Origin: Occultella glacieicola
GTDB taxonomy: Bacteria > Actinomycetota > Actinomycetes > Actinomycetales > Beutenbergiaceae
Reading direction: 5' to 3'
Assembly (NCBI RefSeq): GCF_004353825.1
Contig: NZ_SMNA01000011.1
Span: 1 to 64,000, forward strand
Length of the DNA stretch: 64,000 nucleotides
Part shown: positions 38,063 to 48,066 of the stretch, one piece after another
Layout of the letters: each line of letters opens with the position of its first letter
Position numbering within the stretch: position 1 is the first letter of the stretch
Notes under the pieces: model-generated
The model's input: only the letters and a program-made list of their open reading frames with translations
Database searches by the model: none
What the model was told of the DNA's origin: nothing
Translations under genes and position numbers: made by a program

Positions 38063-40651
38063 CTACCCGGGGACCCGCACCGACTGCCCGGTGCTCAGCC
38101 GGACCGGGATGTCCATCCGGGTACCGCCGAGCACGAGGACGTCGACGGAGAGCTCCCCGCTCAGGCACCGCAGCTCGTATCCCCCATGCCGTTCGCGCAC
38201 GTCGCCCCAGCCGCGGTCGGTCAGCACCGGCCAGGCCCCACCGGCGGGTGGTGCCGCCACGGTGAGCGTGCCGACGGTCGCGTCCCAGTCGTGCCCGGTG
38301 AGCGCATCGAGAACGCTCCAGCCGGACAAGGCCCTCACATAGTGGTCGCCGCACTCGATCTGGTTGTACGGGTTCCGGCGCCGCCCGTCGTACCGGTCAC
38401 GGAGCCCACGCAGCACCGCGTCGGCCTCCTCGGTCAGCCCCTCCATGATCAGGTGCGCTGCGACCTGCCCCTCGGTGCCGGTCCACACCTCGTCGCAGTA
38501 CTGGGTCGGCACGTCCGGCCGCCCACCGCTGGGCCAGGTGCACATCAGGAGCCCGGTGTCGTCGCCGTCGGCGAACACCCGATCGGTGTTCTCGAAGTCG
38601 GCGAAGCCGACGCGCAGGTTGTGCCGCACCACGGACCGCAGCGCGGTGCGCACGTGCTCGGCGGGGAGGAGGTGCCCGAGGCCGAGCAGGTGCGCCCACC
38701 ACTGCCCGATCAACTGGTCGCCCAGGCACCCGGACTCCCACTGGAACTTCCGCGGGTCGCCCTCCTCGAGCACCTGCACGTAGTACTCGCCGTTGAACAG
38801 CGCCGCGTCGTAGGCGGCGCTGCCTCGCTCGAACCACTCGCGCCACCGATCGGCGACGTCGGAGCGCCCCACGAGCCGGGCCAACTCCTCGCCGGCCCGC
38901 AGAGCCGCCAGCCACAGCGTGCCCATGAACGGGTTCAGCCCGGCCAGGTCGATGTCATGGGTGGACGGCTGGATCCCGTGCAGCATCCCGGTCCCGTCGG
39001 CGTCCCAGGTCCGGGCCACGTACTCGACCAGGCGTTCCACGTTCGGCCAGTACCGCTCCAGCCACGCCGATCCGGCGCCGCCACGCACCTCCCGGTAGGT
39101 CTTGAGCACCGTGCCGAGCATGCCGTCCAGCGCGGGCTGCTCGGGGCCGCCGATCGGCCGGTCCCACAACTGCGGGAGGTAGGTCGGCGAGATGACCCGG
39201 TGCGGGATGAAGCCCGCCGGTGCCTGCATCACGTCGAACTCACACTCGCGCATGTCCCGCTCGATCTGTGGGAACAGCCGGGCGATGCCCTGGGCGTAGT
39301 TGTACACGTGGGTGCAGTTCAGCGGGCAGGAGCCGCCCACCTCGCCGCCCCACATGGTCGTCGACGCACCGAGCACGCCCTCGAACCCGAAGAAGTGCCC
39401 GTCGGCCGCCCGGAAGAATGTCGGGCTGCGCACGATCGCGGCCTGCGCCGCGAGATGCTCGACGGCGTCGCTCGCCAGTGCGCTGCCGCGCAGCATCGTG
39501 GTCCAGGCCCGGGAGTCGGCCTCAAGGTCCGCCCACTGGCTCCGGACCCGGTCGGCGACCGCCTCCGCGTCGGGGTACACGGTGGCGTAGTGGTTGCCGA
39601 GCCAGAACCGGCTCGGCCCCCACTCGGGCCGGGACCCGCCGAACTGGACGAAGTTCACGTACCGGTTCGGGAAGTGCCAGGCGAGCGCGAACCGCACGGT
39701 CACGCTCCGGCCCGGGTCCACCGAGAAGTGCGCGGCCAGCCCACCGTTCCAGGTGGACCCCTCGGGGCTGGCTCCCGAGTGCGCCCGCACCCCGTTCGGC
39801 TGCAGATCCGCCGTCGTCGGTGCCGTCGCCCAGTCGGCCGGACCGAACGGCTGCCGCCCGCGCAGGAAGTCGAGGAACTGCCGCGGGTGCGTCCACTGGG
39901 GCAGCGCGGAGGCCTCGGAGGTGTCGGCTGCCAGGACCATCTGCCCGGCGCCGGGCTCCTCCGGAGCGAGACCATGGTTCTCCAGGATCAGGTCGGTCCA
40001 TCCGTCCCGGCGGCGGACCCGGTTCGTGTTGCCGCCGTAGCCGGGTGCCCGGACGCCGTCGGGCGCGAGTGTCCCGTCGGCGCCGACGGCGTTCTGCACC
40101 GCCCCGCCGAGCCACCCGTGCACGGGCGTGACGTCGGTGTTCGTGATCGTGAAGGTGAACATGGCCACCGGCAGGCTGCTGCGGTCCAGGTCGAGGGGCA
40201 CCATCGGGGTGAACGCCTCGAGGCTGATCCGCACCGGGAGACCGTCGTCGTGGTAGTCGACGCGACCGAACGGATAGGTGCCCGTGAAGGTCGTGGCCTG
40301 GACGCCGTCGGCCTCCCTCAGCAGTTCCCGCTGCCAGCGCGGCACCTCGTCGTCGGTGACCAGCGGGGTGCTGGTGGTGCCCGGCTCGGGCGGTGGTGCC
40401 TGCAGCACCCGGACCGCGTCGAACGGCGGGTCCCACTGCGAGACCCGAACGGCGAAGAACGAGTACGGCAGGTCACCGCGGTGGTTGCCGATGTTGTGCA
40501 GCTGCCACTGCCGCAGCCCACCGTCCGCACCGAGTGCGAGGTTGCCGGTGCCGATGCCGCCGAGCGGCATCGCCACGTGCGGGCCCTCGGTGTGCGGGAT
40601 CGAGCGGGCGACGGCGGAGGTCGCCTCCGCGTGGGCGCGTGCGTCAGTCAT
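38063..40651 (-). CDS. GH116-family glycoside hydrolase (candidate exo-beta-D-arabinofuranosidase)
   Basis: MPLGGIGTG, FEG...CPLNCTHV, STHD, DQLIGQW, EVWTG, ECGDHY; no signal peptide; specificity inferred from context. Confidence 0.88.
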   Translation of the reverse strand: MTDARAHAEATSAVARSIPHTEGPHVAMPLGGIGTGNLALGADGGLRQWQLHNIGNHRGDLPYSFFAVRVSQWDPPFDAVRVLQAPPPEPGTTSTPLVTDDEVPRWQRELLREADGVQATTFTGTYPFGRVDYHDDGLPVRISLEAFTPMVPLDLDRSSLPVAMFTFTITNTDVTPVHGWLGGAVQNAVGADGTLAPDGVRAPGYGGNTNRVRRRDGWTDLILENHGLAPEEPGAGQMVLAADTSEASALPQWTHPRQFLDFLRGRQPFGPADWATAPTTADLQPNGVRAHSGASPEGSTWNGGLAAHFSVDPGRSVTVRFALAWHFPNRYVNFVQFGGSRPEWGPSRFWLGNHYATVYPDAEAVADRVRSQWADLEADSRAWTTMLRGSALASDAVEHLAAQAAIVRSPTFFRAADGHFFGFEGVLGASTTMWGGEVGGSCPLNCTHVYNYAQGIARLFPQIERDMRECEFDVMQAPAGFIPHRVISPTYLPQLWDRPIGGPEQPALDGMLGTVLKTYREVRGGAGSAWLERYWPNVERLVEYVARTWDADGTGMLHGIQPSTHDIDLAGLNPFMGTLWLAALRAGEELARLVGRSDVADRWREWFERGSAAYDAALFNGEYYVQVLEEGDPRKFQWESGCLGDQLIGQWWAHLLGLGHLLPAEHVRTALRSVVRHNLRVGFADFENTDRVFADGDDTGLLMCTWPSGGRPDVPTQYCDEVWTGTEGQVAAHLIMEGLTEEADAVLRGLRDRYDGRRRNPYNQIECGDHYVRALSGWSVLDALTGHDWDATVGTLTVAAPPAGGAWPVLTDRGWGDVRERHGGYELRCLSGELSVDVLVLGGTRMDIPVRLSTGQSVRVPG

Positions 40652-40683
40652 CGGTGCCGTTCGTCGTGTGTCATGTGATCAGC

Positions 40684-41604
40684 TCACTTGATCCCGCTGA
40701 TCCGGATGCCGCTGATGATGTAGCGCTGGAAGATCAGGAACAGCACGATCACGGGGGTGGCGGCGAGCGTGGACCCGGCGAGCAGCAGCCCGTACTCGAT
40801 GCGCCGCTCGGACCGGAACGTGGCCAGGTACTGCTGGATCTGCGTCAGTGCCGAGTCCGGTTCGGTGATCGTCATGATCGGCCAGACGTACGCGTTCCAG
40901 AAGGCCAGGAACGAGGTGATCCCGACCACCACGAACACCGGCTTGGACATCGGCAGGAAGATCGCCGTGAAGATCCGCCACCGGTCCGCGCCGTCGATGA
41001 GCGCGGCCTCCTCGATCGAGGTCGGGATGCCCAGGTAGAACTGCCGGATGAAGAAGATGTGCACCGCGGCGGCCGCGCCGGGAACCACCAGGACCGCGAG
41101 CGTGTTCAGCATGCCCATCCGGGTCACCACGATGTAGGAGGTGAGCAGGATGGCCATCCCAGGGATGAACATCGTCATCAGGACCGCCACCCAGATGGTC
41201 CGCTTGAACGCGAACTCCAGCCGCGCGAACGCGTACGCGGCCATCGAGTTCACGGTCAGGCTCAGCGCCGCGAACAGCAGCGCCCCGCCGAAGGAGACCC
41301 CGACGGCCCGCAGGAACTGGGGGTCGGAGGCGATCTCGACGTAGTTCTGCGGCTGCCAGACGTCCGGGAAGAACTGGAACGGTGAGCTGACCACCTCGTT
41401 GCGGGCCTTGAACCCCGAGATCGCCATCCACGCCAGCGGGAACAGAGCGGCGAGGAAGATGAGCGCCGAGAACACGTAGCGCAGCACCGTCCCACCCGGC
41501 CCGGTGGCGCGGGCCGAGCGCCGCCGGCGGTGCGCGGCGGCGGGGGTCGGTGAGGTGAGTTCCCGGGTGCCGTCGGTGAGGACGATCGGTGCGTTCGCGG
41601 CCAT
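40684..41604 (-). CDS. Carbohydrate ABC permease (MalG-like)
   Basis: AAYAFARL, EEAALIDGA EAA loop, WNAYVWP, QRYIISG. Confidence 0.93.
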   Translation of the reverse strand: MAANAPIVLTDGTRELTSPTPAAAHRRRRSARATGPGGTVLRYVFSALIFLAALFPLAWMAISGFKARNEVVSSPFQFFPDVWQPQNYVEIASDPQFLRAVGVSFGGALLFAALSLTVNSMAAYAFARLEFAFKRTIWVAVLMTMFIPGMAILLTSYIVVTRMGMLNTLAVLVVPGAAAAVHIFFIRQFYLGIPTSIEEAALIDGADRWRIFTAIFLPMSKPVFVVVGITSFLAFWNAYVWPIMTITEPDSALTQIQQYLATFRSERRIEYGLLLAGSTLAATPVIVLFLIFQRYIISGIRISGIK

Positions 41605-42539
41605 CAGCCGTCCACCGCCTTCTCGGAGTTGATCACCCTGAAGATCACCGCGGACAGCCCGCCGAGGACCACGAACAGCAACAGCGCCGCAGCGATCGAG
41701 TAGCCGACGGTGACGTCGTTGGTGAAGCGCAGGAAGATGTGCAGGTTCGGGAGCAGGGTGGACTGGGTCGGTCCGCCCTGGGTCATGATCAGCGGCAGCT
41801 CGTACTGCTGGATCGTGGCCACGAAGCTGGTCACGAGCAGGTACAGGCCGATGTTGCGCATCAGCGGGATCGTGATGAACACGGTCCGTTGCCACCACTT
41901 CGCCCCGTCGAGCTCGGCCGACTCGAAGTAGCTCTCCGGGATGTCCAGCAGCCCGGCGAGCATGATCAGCGAGGCGAGCCCGAGGCCCAGCCAGATCGCC
42001 GGTGCGGTCAGCGCCAGCAGTGCCGTGCTCGCACTGCCCAGCCACGGCTGGTTCTCGAACCCGACCAGGCTGATCAGCCAGTTCAGCAGGCCCTGCCGGT
42101 ACTCGTAGATCAGCACGAACACGATCGAGGCGATCACCCCGGAGATCACCGTCGGGATGTAGATGCTCACCTTGAGCCATGTCGCCATCCGCGACCCCAT
42201 GGTCTTGACCAGGTTCGCGAACGCGAAAGCCAGGATCATGATCCCCGGGACCACGATCACGGAGAACCGCAGCCCCCGGCCGATCGAGGCCCAGAACACC
42301 GGGTCGGCGAGCACCAGGCGGAAGTTGCGCAGCCCGACGAACGTCGACTCCGTGTAGAAGCTCCAGTTGAAGAAGCTCACGTACCACGCATAGACGAGCG
42401 GCCACAGCACGAAGATCCCGAGCAGGACCAGCGCCGGCGCGAGCATCAGGAAGGCGATCCTGTTGTCACGGTGGGCGGGTTTGGGGCGGCGGCGCGGCCT
42501 GCTCGAGGTCGGTCGCGCCGGTGCCTGGATAGTCGTCAT
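41604..42539 (-). CDS. Carbohydrate ABC permease (MalF-like)
   Basis: FVGLRNF, ESAELDGA EAA loop, ITIPLMR, MTQGGP. Confidence 0.93.
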   Translation of the reverse strand: MTTIQAPARPTSSRPRRRPKPAHRDNRIAFLMLAPALVLLGIFVLWPLVYAWYVSFFNWSFYTESTFVGLRNFRLVLADPVFWASIGRGLRFSVIVVPGIMILAFAFANLVKTMGSRMATWLKVSIYIPTVISGVIASIVFVLIYEYRQGLLNWLISLVGFENQPWLGSASTALLALTAPAIWLGLGLASLIMLAGLLDIPESYFESAELDGAKWWQRTVFITIPLMRNIGLYLLVTSFVATIQQYELPLIMTQGGPTQSTLLPNLHIFLRFTNDVTVGYSIAAALLLFVVLGGLSAVIFRVINSEKAVDG

Positions 42540-42606
42540 CTCATCACCTTCGAGGTGTCCACGGCTGTCGCCGTCGACTCGGTCGGGTCCACGCAGCGGT
42601 CGGAAC

Positions 42607-42641
42607 CGGGTGGGTGCACCCTGGCCGGGTACACCCACCCG
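42607..42641 (-). other. Intercistronic stem-loop after the binding-protein gene
   Basis: CGGGTGGGTG...CACCCACCCG perfect 10-bp arms; usual position for an mRNA-stabilising hairpin. Confidence 0.65.
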
Positions 42642-42647
42642 CTCCGG

Positions 42648-43994
42648 TCAGCTACCGGTGCCCGCCAACTGGGAGTTGGCGATCTCGGTGTTGATCTTCT
42701 CGTTCGCCGCGGCGAGCGCCTCCTCCACCGCGGTGCCCTGCATGGCGGCCTCGATCGCCTCGCCCATGGCCAGGCTGACGTTCCAGGGGTAGGCCGGCTC
42801 CGGCTGGGCGAACGGCACGATCTCCTCCTGGATGACGGCGTTCCACGGGTTCACGCTGTCCACGTCCGGGAGCGCGCTGATCGCGTCCGCGACGGACACC
42901 CGCGGCGAGACCTTCGAGAACTGGGTGGCCTCGAAGAACGGCACCACGTTCTCGGTGTCACCGCCGAGCGCCCACTCGATGAACCCGGCCGCCTCGGCCG
43001 ACCGCTCGCTGTTGCCGTCGACCACCCAGGTCCACCCGCCGAGCGTCGCCGTGGTCTGGCCGCTCTGCCCGTCGAAGGACGGCATCGGGGCGACGGCCAC
43101 GTTCGGCACGAGGTCCGGGTAGTCGTTGAGCAACTGGCTGGCGGCCCAGGAGCCGTTCGCCATCATCGCGTACTGGCCGTCGCCGAACGTGGCCGAGTCG
43201 GGGTAGCCCACGCCGTCCGCGGGCGGCAGCGCGCCGCTGGCGAACAGGTCCTGGAACGCCTGCAGCAGCGGCGCGTAGTCCGTGGTCGCCATGGCCTCGG
43301 ACCAGTCGTCGCTGATCGGCAGGTGCCCTGCCACGTTCCACTGGTAGCCCCAGGTGGACCAGGACATGTCCGGCGCGTTCTGGGCGAGCCGGATCCCGAA
43401 CACCTCGTCGTTGGTCAGTGCCTCGGCGTCCGCGACCAGCTCGTCCCAGGTGGTCGGCGGCCCGTCGATGCCGGCCGCCTCGAACAGGTCGGTCCGGTAC
43501 CAGAGCACCGCGGAAGGCTCCACGAGCATCGGGTAGGCGTACTCCTCGCCGTCGACCGTGACCGAGCCGCGGACGTTCTCCTGCAGGTCGTCCCAGGCCT
43601 CGGCGCCGATCAGGTCCGAGAGCGGCGTGATCTCGCTGGCGAGCGCCGCGGCCCGGACGCCGCCGTAGTTCATGGTGCGGATGTCCGGGGCGTTCCCGGC
43701 GGCCTGGGCGGCCGTCATCCGCTGCTCCCAGGCGTCCCCGGGCACCGCGGTGAGGGTGATGTGCACCTCGTCCTGGGACTCGTTGTAGGCGTCCACGACG
43801 CCCTCGTACCATTCGTTCTCCTCATCGGTGAACGAGGTCTGCCAGAAGGTCACCTCGGTGACCCCCTCGGGAACCTCCTCGCCGGGCTCCGAACCGCCGG
43901 TTCCGCCGTCGGGCGTTCCGCTGCAGGCGGCGAGCACCAGAGCGGTGGCGGCCACGACACCGAGGCCGCCGGTCAATCTGCGTGTCGAACGCAT
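42648..43994 (-). CDS. Carbohydrate ABC substrate-binding lipoprotein
   Basis: LAAC lipobox, VTFWQ, APDI, LWYRTDLFEAAG, PTTWDEL, LGGWTW; AAGGAGG RBS. Confidence 0.93.
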   Translation of the reverse strand: MRSTRRLTGGLGVVAATALVLAACSGTPDGGTGGSEPGEEVPEGVTEVTFWQTSFTDEENEWYEGVVDAYNESQDEVHITLTAVPGDAWEQRMTAAQAAGNAPDIRTMNYGGVRAAALASEITPLSDLIGAEAWDDLQENVRGSVTVDGEEYAYPMLVEPSAVLWYRTDLFEAAGIDGPPTTWDELVADAEALTNDEVFGIRLAQNAPDMSWSTWGYQWNVAGHLPISDDWSEAMATTDYAPLLQAFQDLFASGALPPADGVGYPDSATFGDGQYAMMANGSWAASQLLNDYPDLVPNVAVAPMPSFDGQSGQTTATLGGWTWVVDGNSERSAEAAGFIEWALGGDTENVVPFFEATQFSKVSPRVSVADAISALPDVDSVNPWNAVIQEEIVPFAQPEPAYPWNVSLAMGEAIEAAMQGTAVEEALAAANEKINTEIANSQLAGTGS

Positions 43995-44039
43995 CTCATC
44001 CTCCTTGATGATCGGCTCCGCGAGGAGCCTCGGTTGGTT

Positions 44040-45188
44040 TCATGCGGGCGCCGGCACGAGCTCGGCGCTGTACCAGAACACGTTGTAGGGACCCCAGATC
44101 GAGAGCGTGAAGTAGATCGTGAGGCCGTCATCGCTGACGTATCGAGGATTCAGGTAGGGGCTGTACAGCCCCGGTGTCTCGGCCTGGGTGGTGAGCACGT
44201 GCGGCTCGCTCCACGGCCCCCAGGGGGTGATGCCCTCGGCGAGCACCGCGTCCCCGTCCGTGGAGTAGGTCATCAGCCACCGGTCGAGGGTGGGGCTGTG
44301 GACCACGGACAGCTCGCCGATGGTCCCCTCCAGGACGGTCTGCGCGTCCGCCATCGACTCCGACCAGCGGGGGTCGCCGTCATCGTCGGTGCCGGCGAAG
44401 TACCGGTAGGCGGACAGGTCCTCGACGGCCTCGGTGGTGGCCGGGACCTTCATCAGCTGCACCCCACCGAACCGGCCGGACGGGATCGACCAGAAGTACA
44501 GGAAGTCCTCCCCGTCCTCGGTGACCTCGGCGACCGAGACCTGAACGAAGTTCGAGTCACCGGGCCACTGCGGCGCCGGCAGCGTCTCCCAGCTGGCGCC
44601 GCCGTCGGTGCTGCGGGCCAGGCCCGCGTGGTTCGCGTCCCACTGGCCCGGCTCGCCCCAGTGCCGTACCGACATGTACTGCAGGTAGAGCGTCTCGCCG
44701 ACGGCGAAGCCGTAGGTCGGGATCTTCGTCACCTCGCCCCCGGCGTCGTTGTGGTCGTGCTCGCCGGGCACCACCTCGAGGGCGAGCCCGATGTCGTCGA
44801 GCAGCCAGCCGTCGAAGGTGAGCCCGTCGCTCGGATCCTCGTCGGTGGTGTAGGCGACCGCGTTCGAGCGCCAATTGCCGCCCTGGCCGCCGACCGCGTC
44901 GGGGTCACGGGTGCCGAACGTGTCGCCGAACACGAGGTAGGTCGTGTCCCCGACGTTGAACATCGAGCCGAGGTCGGTGCCGGCAACCGCGACGCTCGCG
45001 GTGTCGTTGACTCCGGAGTCCGGCCCGGTGAGCTGGGTGATCTGCGTGACGTTCGTGACGCCGTCGAGCACGAACGGGCGGTCGGGGTCGGTGTTCACGT
45101 CGGTGCCTCCTCCGGTCGAGCCGCACGCGACCAGCGCCACCGAGGACACTGTGGCGGCGCAGATCATCGCCATCCTCGCCCGCCTCAT
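44040..45188 (-). CDS. DUF4185 (GH183) lipoprotein, candidate endo-D-arabinanase
   Basis: LVAC lipobox, GTDLG, FGDTFG, WRSN, IPT, GELSV, GPWS, LYSPY, YNV. Confidence 0.85.
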   Translation of the reverse strand: MRRARMAMICAATVSSVALVACGSTGGGTDVNTDPDRPFVLDGVTNVTQITQLTGPDSGVNDTASVAVAGTDLGSMFNVGDTTYLVFGDTFGTRDPDAVGGQGGNWRSNAVAYTTDEDPSDGLTFDGWLLDDIGLALEVVPGEHDHNDAGGEVTKIPTYGFAVGETLYLQYMSVRHWGEPGQWDANHAGLARSTDGGASWETLPAPQWPGDSNFVQVSVAEVTEDGEDFLYFWSIPSGRFGGVQLMKVPATTEAVEDLSAYRYFAGTDDDGDPRWSESMADAQTVLEGTIGELSVVHSPTLDRWLMTYSTDGDAVLAEGITPWGPWSEPHVLTTQAETPGLYSPYLNPRYVSDDGLTIYFTLSIWGPYNVFWYSAELVPAPA

Positions 45189-46285
45189 CCCAGCCTCGGC
45201 AGCCGTTGACCGACCGGCGCCAGCGTGAGGTGCTCGGCCGGGGTCTCCTGGTACCAGTACGCGGTCGAGGACAGGTCGTCGCTCCGCCGGTTCGCGTGCC
45301 CGTGCTCGATGGTGACCCGGATCGACGTGGTGAACGGCACCGGGTCCTCGATGTGGAACCGGTACGTCGAGACCTGACCGGACCAGTTCTCCCCGCCGGC
45401 CAGGGTGATGCCGTGGTACGGCGCGCTGTAGCTCTCCGACGGGCACCAGGCCGTGTTGAAGTAGTCCTCGGTGCCGGTGCCGTGCAGGCTCGGTGGCCAC
45501 GTCTCGCCGTCGACGAAGATCATGTCGTCGCCCTCGCCGTACCAGTTCCACTCGGCGGTGTGGCGCAGGTTCGTCACGTTCAGGACGCAGCCGACGTAGT
45601 GCCCGCGGCCGGATGTCTGCAGGATCGTGTAGTTGCCCTCGCCGGTCAGGTTCGGCCCCTCGAACAGCAGCTCGGAGTTCGTCAGGCCTGCCGCAGTGGT
45701 CTCGTCCAGGCCGGCCGTCGGGTTCTCCCGGTTCCAGGACGCGTGGAACCGCCCGAGTCCGTCCTCGAGGGCGTCGAACGCGTCGTAGTCGATGTAGTAG
45801 TAGAACCAGAGCACCTCCTCGCTGCACTCGCTGATGATCTCGAATCGGGCGCGGGTCGCGAACGGCATATGGAAGAACGAGTTCAGGGCCTTGCCGTCCT
45901 GCGGGCTCATCTGCAGCGGCGCCGACGCGTAGTTCACGGTGCGCCCGTGCCCCACCCCGAAGAAGTCCCCGAGCGGCACCAGCACCGACGGGTGCGGCGA
46001 GTCGTCCCAGTAGACGGCGAGCACCAGCTTGCGCAGGAAGTCGCGGTCGGCGCTGTCCGGCGTCGGCGCGTCCCGAGGCGCCACCGTCATCCAGATGTGG
46101 TTGACCGAGCCGGCGCCACGCAGGTCGGCCAGCTCGACCCGCTCGCCGGGGTGCAGCGTGAGCCGGTCCTCGTTGCCGCCGGACCGGTCCCAACTGGACG
46201 CGCGCAGGCGCCGGTGCGTGCGCAGCCGCGGCAGGTCGCGCAGGCTGCTGCCGTACGGGCCGTAACCCCCGGTCGCGATCGCCAT
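45185..46285 (-). CDS. DUF2961 (GH172) glycoside hydrolase
   Basis: SSWDRSGGNED, GAGSVNHIWMT, VPLGDFFG, MPF, WYGEGDD, GTGTEDYF, YRFHIEDP, IEHGH; ATG after GAGAGGA. Confidence 0.9.
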   Translation of the reverse strand: MAIATGGYGPYGSSLRDLPRLRTHRRLRASSWDRSGGNEDRLTLHPGERVELADLRGAGSVNHIWMTVAPRDAPTPDSADRDFLRKLVLAVYWDDSPHPSVLVPLGDFFGVGHGRTVNYASAPLQMSPQDGKALNSFFHMPFATRARFEIISECSEEVLWFYYYIDYDAFDALEDGLGRFHASWNRENPTAGLDETTAAGLTNSELLFEGPNLTGEGNYTILQTSGRGHYVGCVLNVTNLRHTAEWNWYGEGDDMIFVDGETWPPSLHGTGTEDYFNTAWCPSESYSAPYHGITLAGGENWSGQVSTYRFHIEDPVPFTTSIRVTIEHGHANRRSDDLSSTAYWYQETPAEHLTLAPVGQRLPRLG

Positions 46286-46327
46286 CTGATTCCTCTCCAT
46301 CGAGTCCATGTCCCGCACCCGCCCGGC

Positions 46328-47254
46328 TCAGGTCCGCGCCGGTGTGCCGGCCAGGTCGAGCACCTCGGCCCGGCGCGGCGCGGACGCCGCACCCCCGCGT
46401 CGGGTCACGGAGACGGCGGCCGCGGCGTTCGCGAAGGCCACCGCCTCGGTGATCGGGTCGCCGGCGGCCAGGCGGGCGCCCAGGCTGCCGCAGAACGCGT
46501 CCCCCGCCCCGATCGTGTCCAGCACGTCGACCCGGAGCCCGGGCACGTGGACCTCGCCCCGGCCCGGTTCGAGGACGAGCGCACCGTCCGGTCCGAGGGT
46601 GACGATCAGCGCGTAGGACCGGCCCGCGGCCGCCCGGCGGGCCACGTCCAGGACCAGCTCGTCGGCGCGGGCCCCGGTCAGCTGTCGCAGCTCCGGCTCG
46701 TTCGGGACGAGGACGTCGACGGCGTCCGCCAGGTCCGCCGGGACGGTCGCCGCCGGCGCCGGGTTCAGCACGACGCGTACGCCCGCGGCCCGGGCGATCC
46801 GGGCGGCCCGCACGGTGGCGTCCATCGGCAGTTCGAGTTGCAGGAGCAGCACGGTCGCGGACTCGATCCGGGCACGGGCCGCCTCGACGTCGGCGACCGT
46901 GACGGCCAGGTTCGCCCGGGGGATCACGATGATCGAGTTCTGGCCGGTCTCGTCCAGCACCGGCAGGCCGACGCCGGTGCCGTGCTCGGGATCGCTGCTC
47001 ACGTCGGTGGCACCGATCCCCTCGGCGCCGAGGAACTCGCGGAACTCGGCCGCGAACAGGTCCTCGCCGAGGCGCCCGATCACCGCGGTCGTGGCGCCCG
47101 CACGCGCCGCCGCGACCGCCTGGTTGAAGCCCTTGCCGCCGACGAACGTGGCGAACTGGCTCCCGATCAGGGTCTCACCCGGGCCGGGGCGCCGCGGTGC
47201 GGTGGCCACCAGGTCGTACATGAAGGAGGCCAGGACACAGACGTCGGCGCTCAC
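46328..47254 (-). CDS. PfkB-family ribokinase-like sugar kinase
   Basis: GGKGFNQAVAAAR, GQNSI, LQLE, NPAPA, PNEPE, DTIGAGDAF. Confidence 0.9.
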   Translation of the reverse strand: MSADVCVLASFMYDLVATAPRRPGPGETLIGSQFATFVGGKGFNQAVAAARAGATTAVIGRLGEDLFAAEFREFLGAEGIGATDVSSDPEHGTGVGLPVLDETGQNSIIVIPRANLAVTVADVEAARARIESATVLLLQLELPMDATVRAARIARAAGVRVVLNPAPAATVPADLADAVDVLVPNEPELRQLTGARADELVLDVARRAAAGRSYALIVTLGPDGALVLEPGRGEVHVPGLRVDVLDTIGAGDAFCGSLGARLAAGDPITEAVAFANAAAAVSVTRRGGAASAPRRAEVLDLAGTPART

Positions 47255-47874
47255 GAGGACACCTGCCGTGAGCCGGGCCCGAGCAGCTTCTGTCCGAGCG
47301 CCCCGCTCGGATGGCGTTCGCCGAACTGCTCCGAGGTGAACCCGGAGAGCGTCATCAGCGCGATCGCGAGCGCGTCGCCCACGGCGAGCGTCGACACCGC
47401 CGAGGCCGTCGGGGCGAGCCCGAGCGGATCCGCCTCACCGTCCACGGAGATGTCGAGGGTCACCCTCGCGAAGAACGCCAGGGGCGAGGCCGGGTCCCGG
47501 GTCATGGCGATGATCGGCACGCCCCACGCCGTCAGCATGTTCGCGAACTCGCACACCTCCACGGTCTCGCCGGAGTTCGAGATCAGGATCGCGACGTCAC
47601 CGGGCGTGGCGGCGCCGGAGTCGCCGTGCAGGGCCTCGCCGGCGTGGACGAACTGGGCCGGGGTGCCGGTGCTGGAGAGCGTCGCCGCGATCTTGCGGGC
47701 GATGTGGCCGGACTTGCCGAGACCGGAGACCAGGACCCGCCCGTGGGAGGCCCGGATCAGGGTGATCGCTGCCCCCAGGGTGGGCTCGACGAGGTCCGCC
47801 GTGCGGGCGATCGAGCGGGACTCGATCAGCATGGCGGAGCGGGCTGCGGCGAGGGCGTCGGCGATGGTGACCAC
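47251..47874 (-). CDS. KpsF/GutQ-type SIS-domain isomerase without CBS domains (candidate arabinose-5-phosphate isomerase)
   Basis: GLGKSGHIARKIAATLSSTGTP, EALHGD, SNSGET, GLAPTAS, GDALA, HPSGALG; ends right after the SIS domain. Confidence 0.88.
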   Translation of the reverse strand: MVTIADALAAARSAMLIESRSIARTADLVEPTLGAAITLIRASHGRVLVSGLGKSGHIARKIAATLSSTGTPAQFVHAGEALHGDSGAATPGDVAILISNSGETVEVCEFANMLTAWGVPIIAMTRDPASPLAFFARVTLDISVDGEADPLGLAPTASAVSTLAVGDALAIALMTLSGFTSEQFGERHPSGALGQKLLGPGSRQVSS

Positions 47875-47937
47875 GGTGTCTCTCAGTGCCTCTCAGTGCG
47901 TCGGTGCATGAGTGTGACCAGGTGTCGATCAGTGGCG

Positions 47938-47963
47938 GTAAACGATTACTGGTAATCGATTAC
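47938..47963. promoter_or_regulatory. Tandem LacI-type operators
   Basis: GTAAACGATTAC (47938-47949) and perfect palindrome GTAATCGATTAC (47952-47963). Confidence 0.8.
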
Positions 47964-48066
47964 TCGAGGGTAGGCGGACGACCTGCGGATGTCAACGCCT
48001 CCGGTGCCGCTCGTGGATAACGATCCGCTAACCGACCGCTCGGGCGGCAGCCGCGGACGGCCGGGT

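Noticed and set aside
47251..47874. Kdo/capsule biosynthesis gene (kpsF/kdsD)
   Set aside because: No kdsA/kdsB/kps genes nearby; Gram-positive catabolic context
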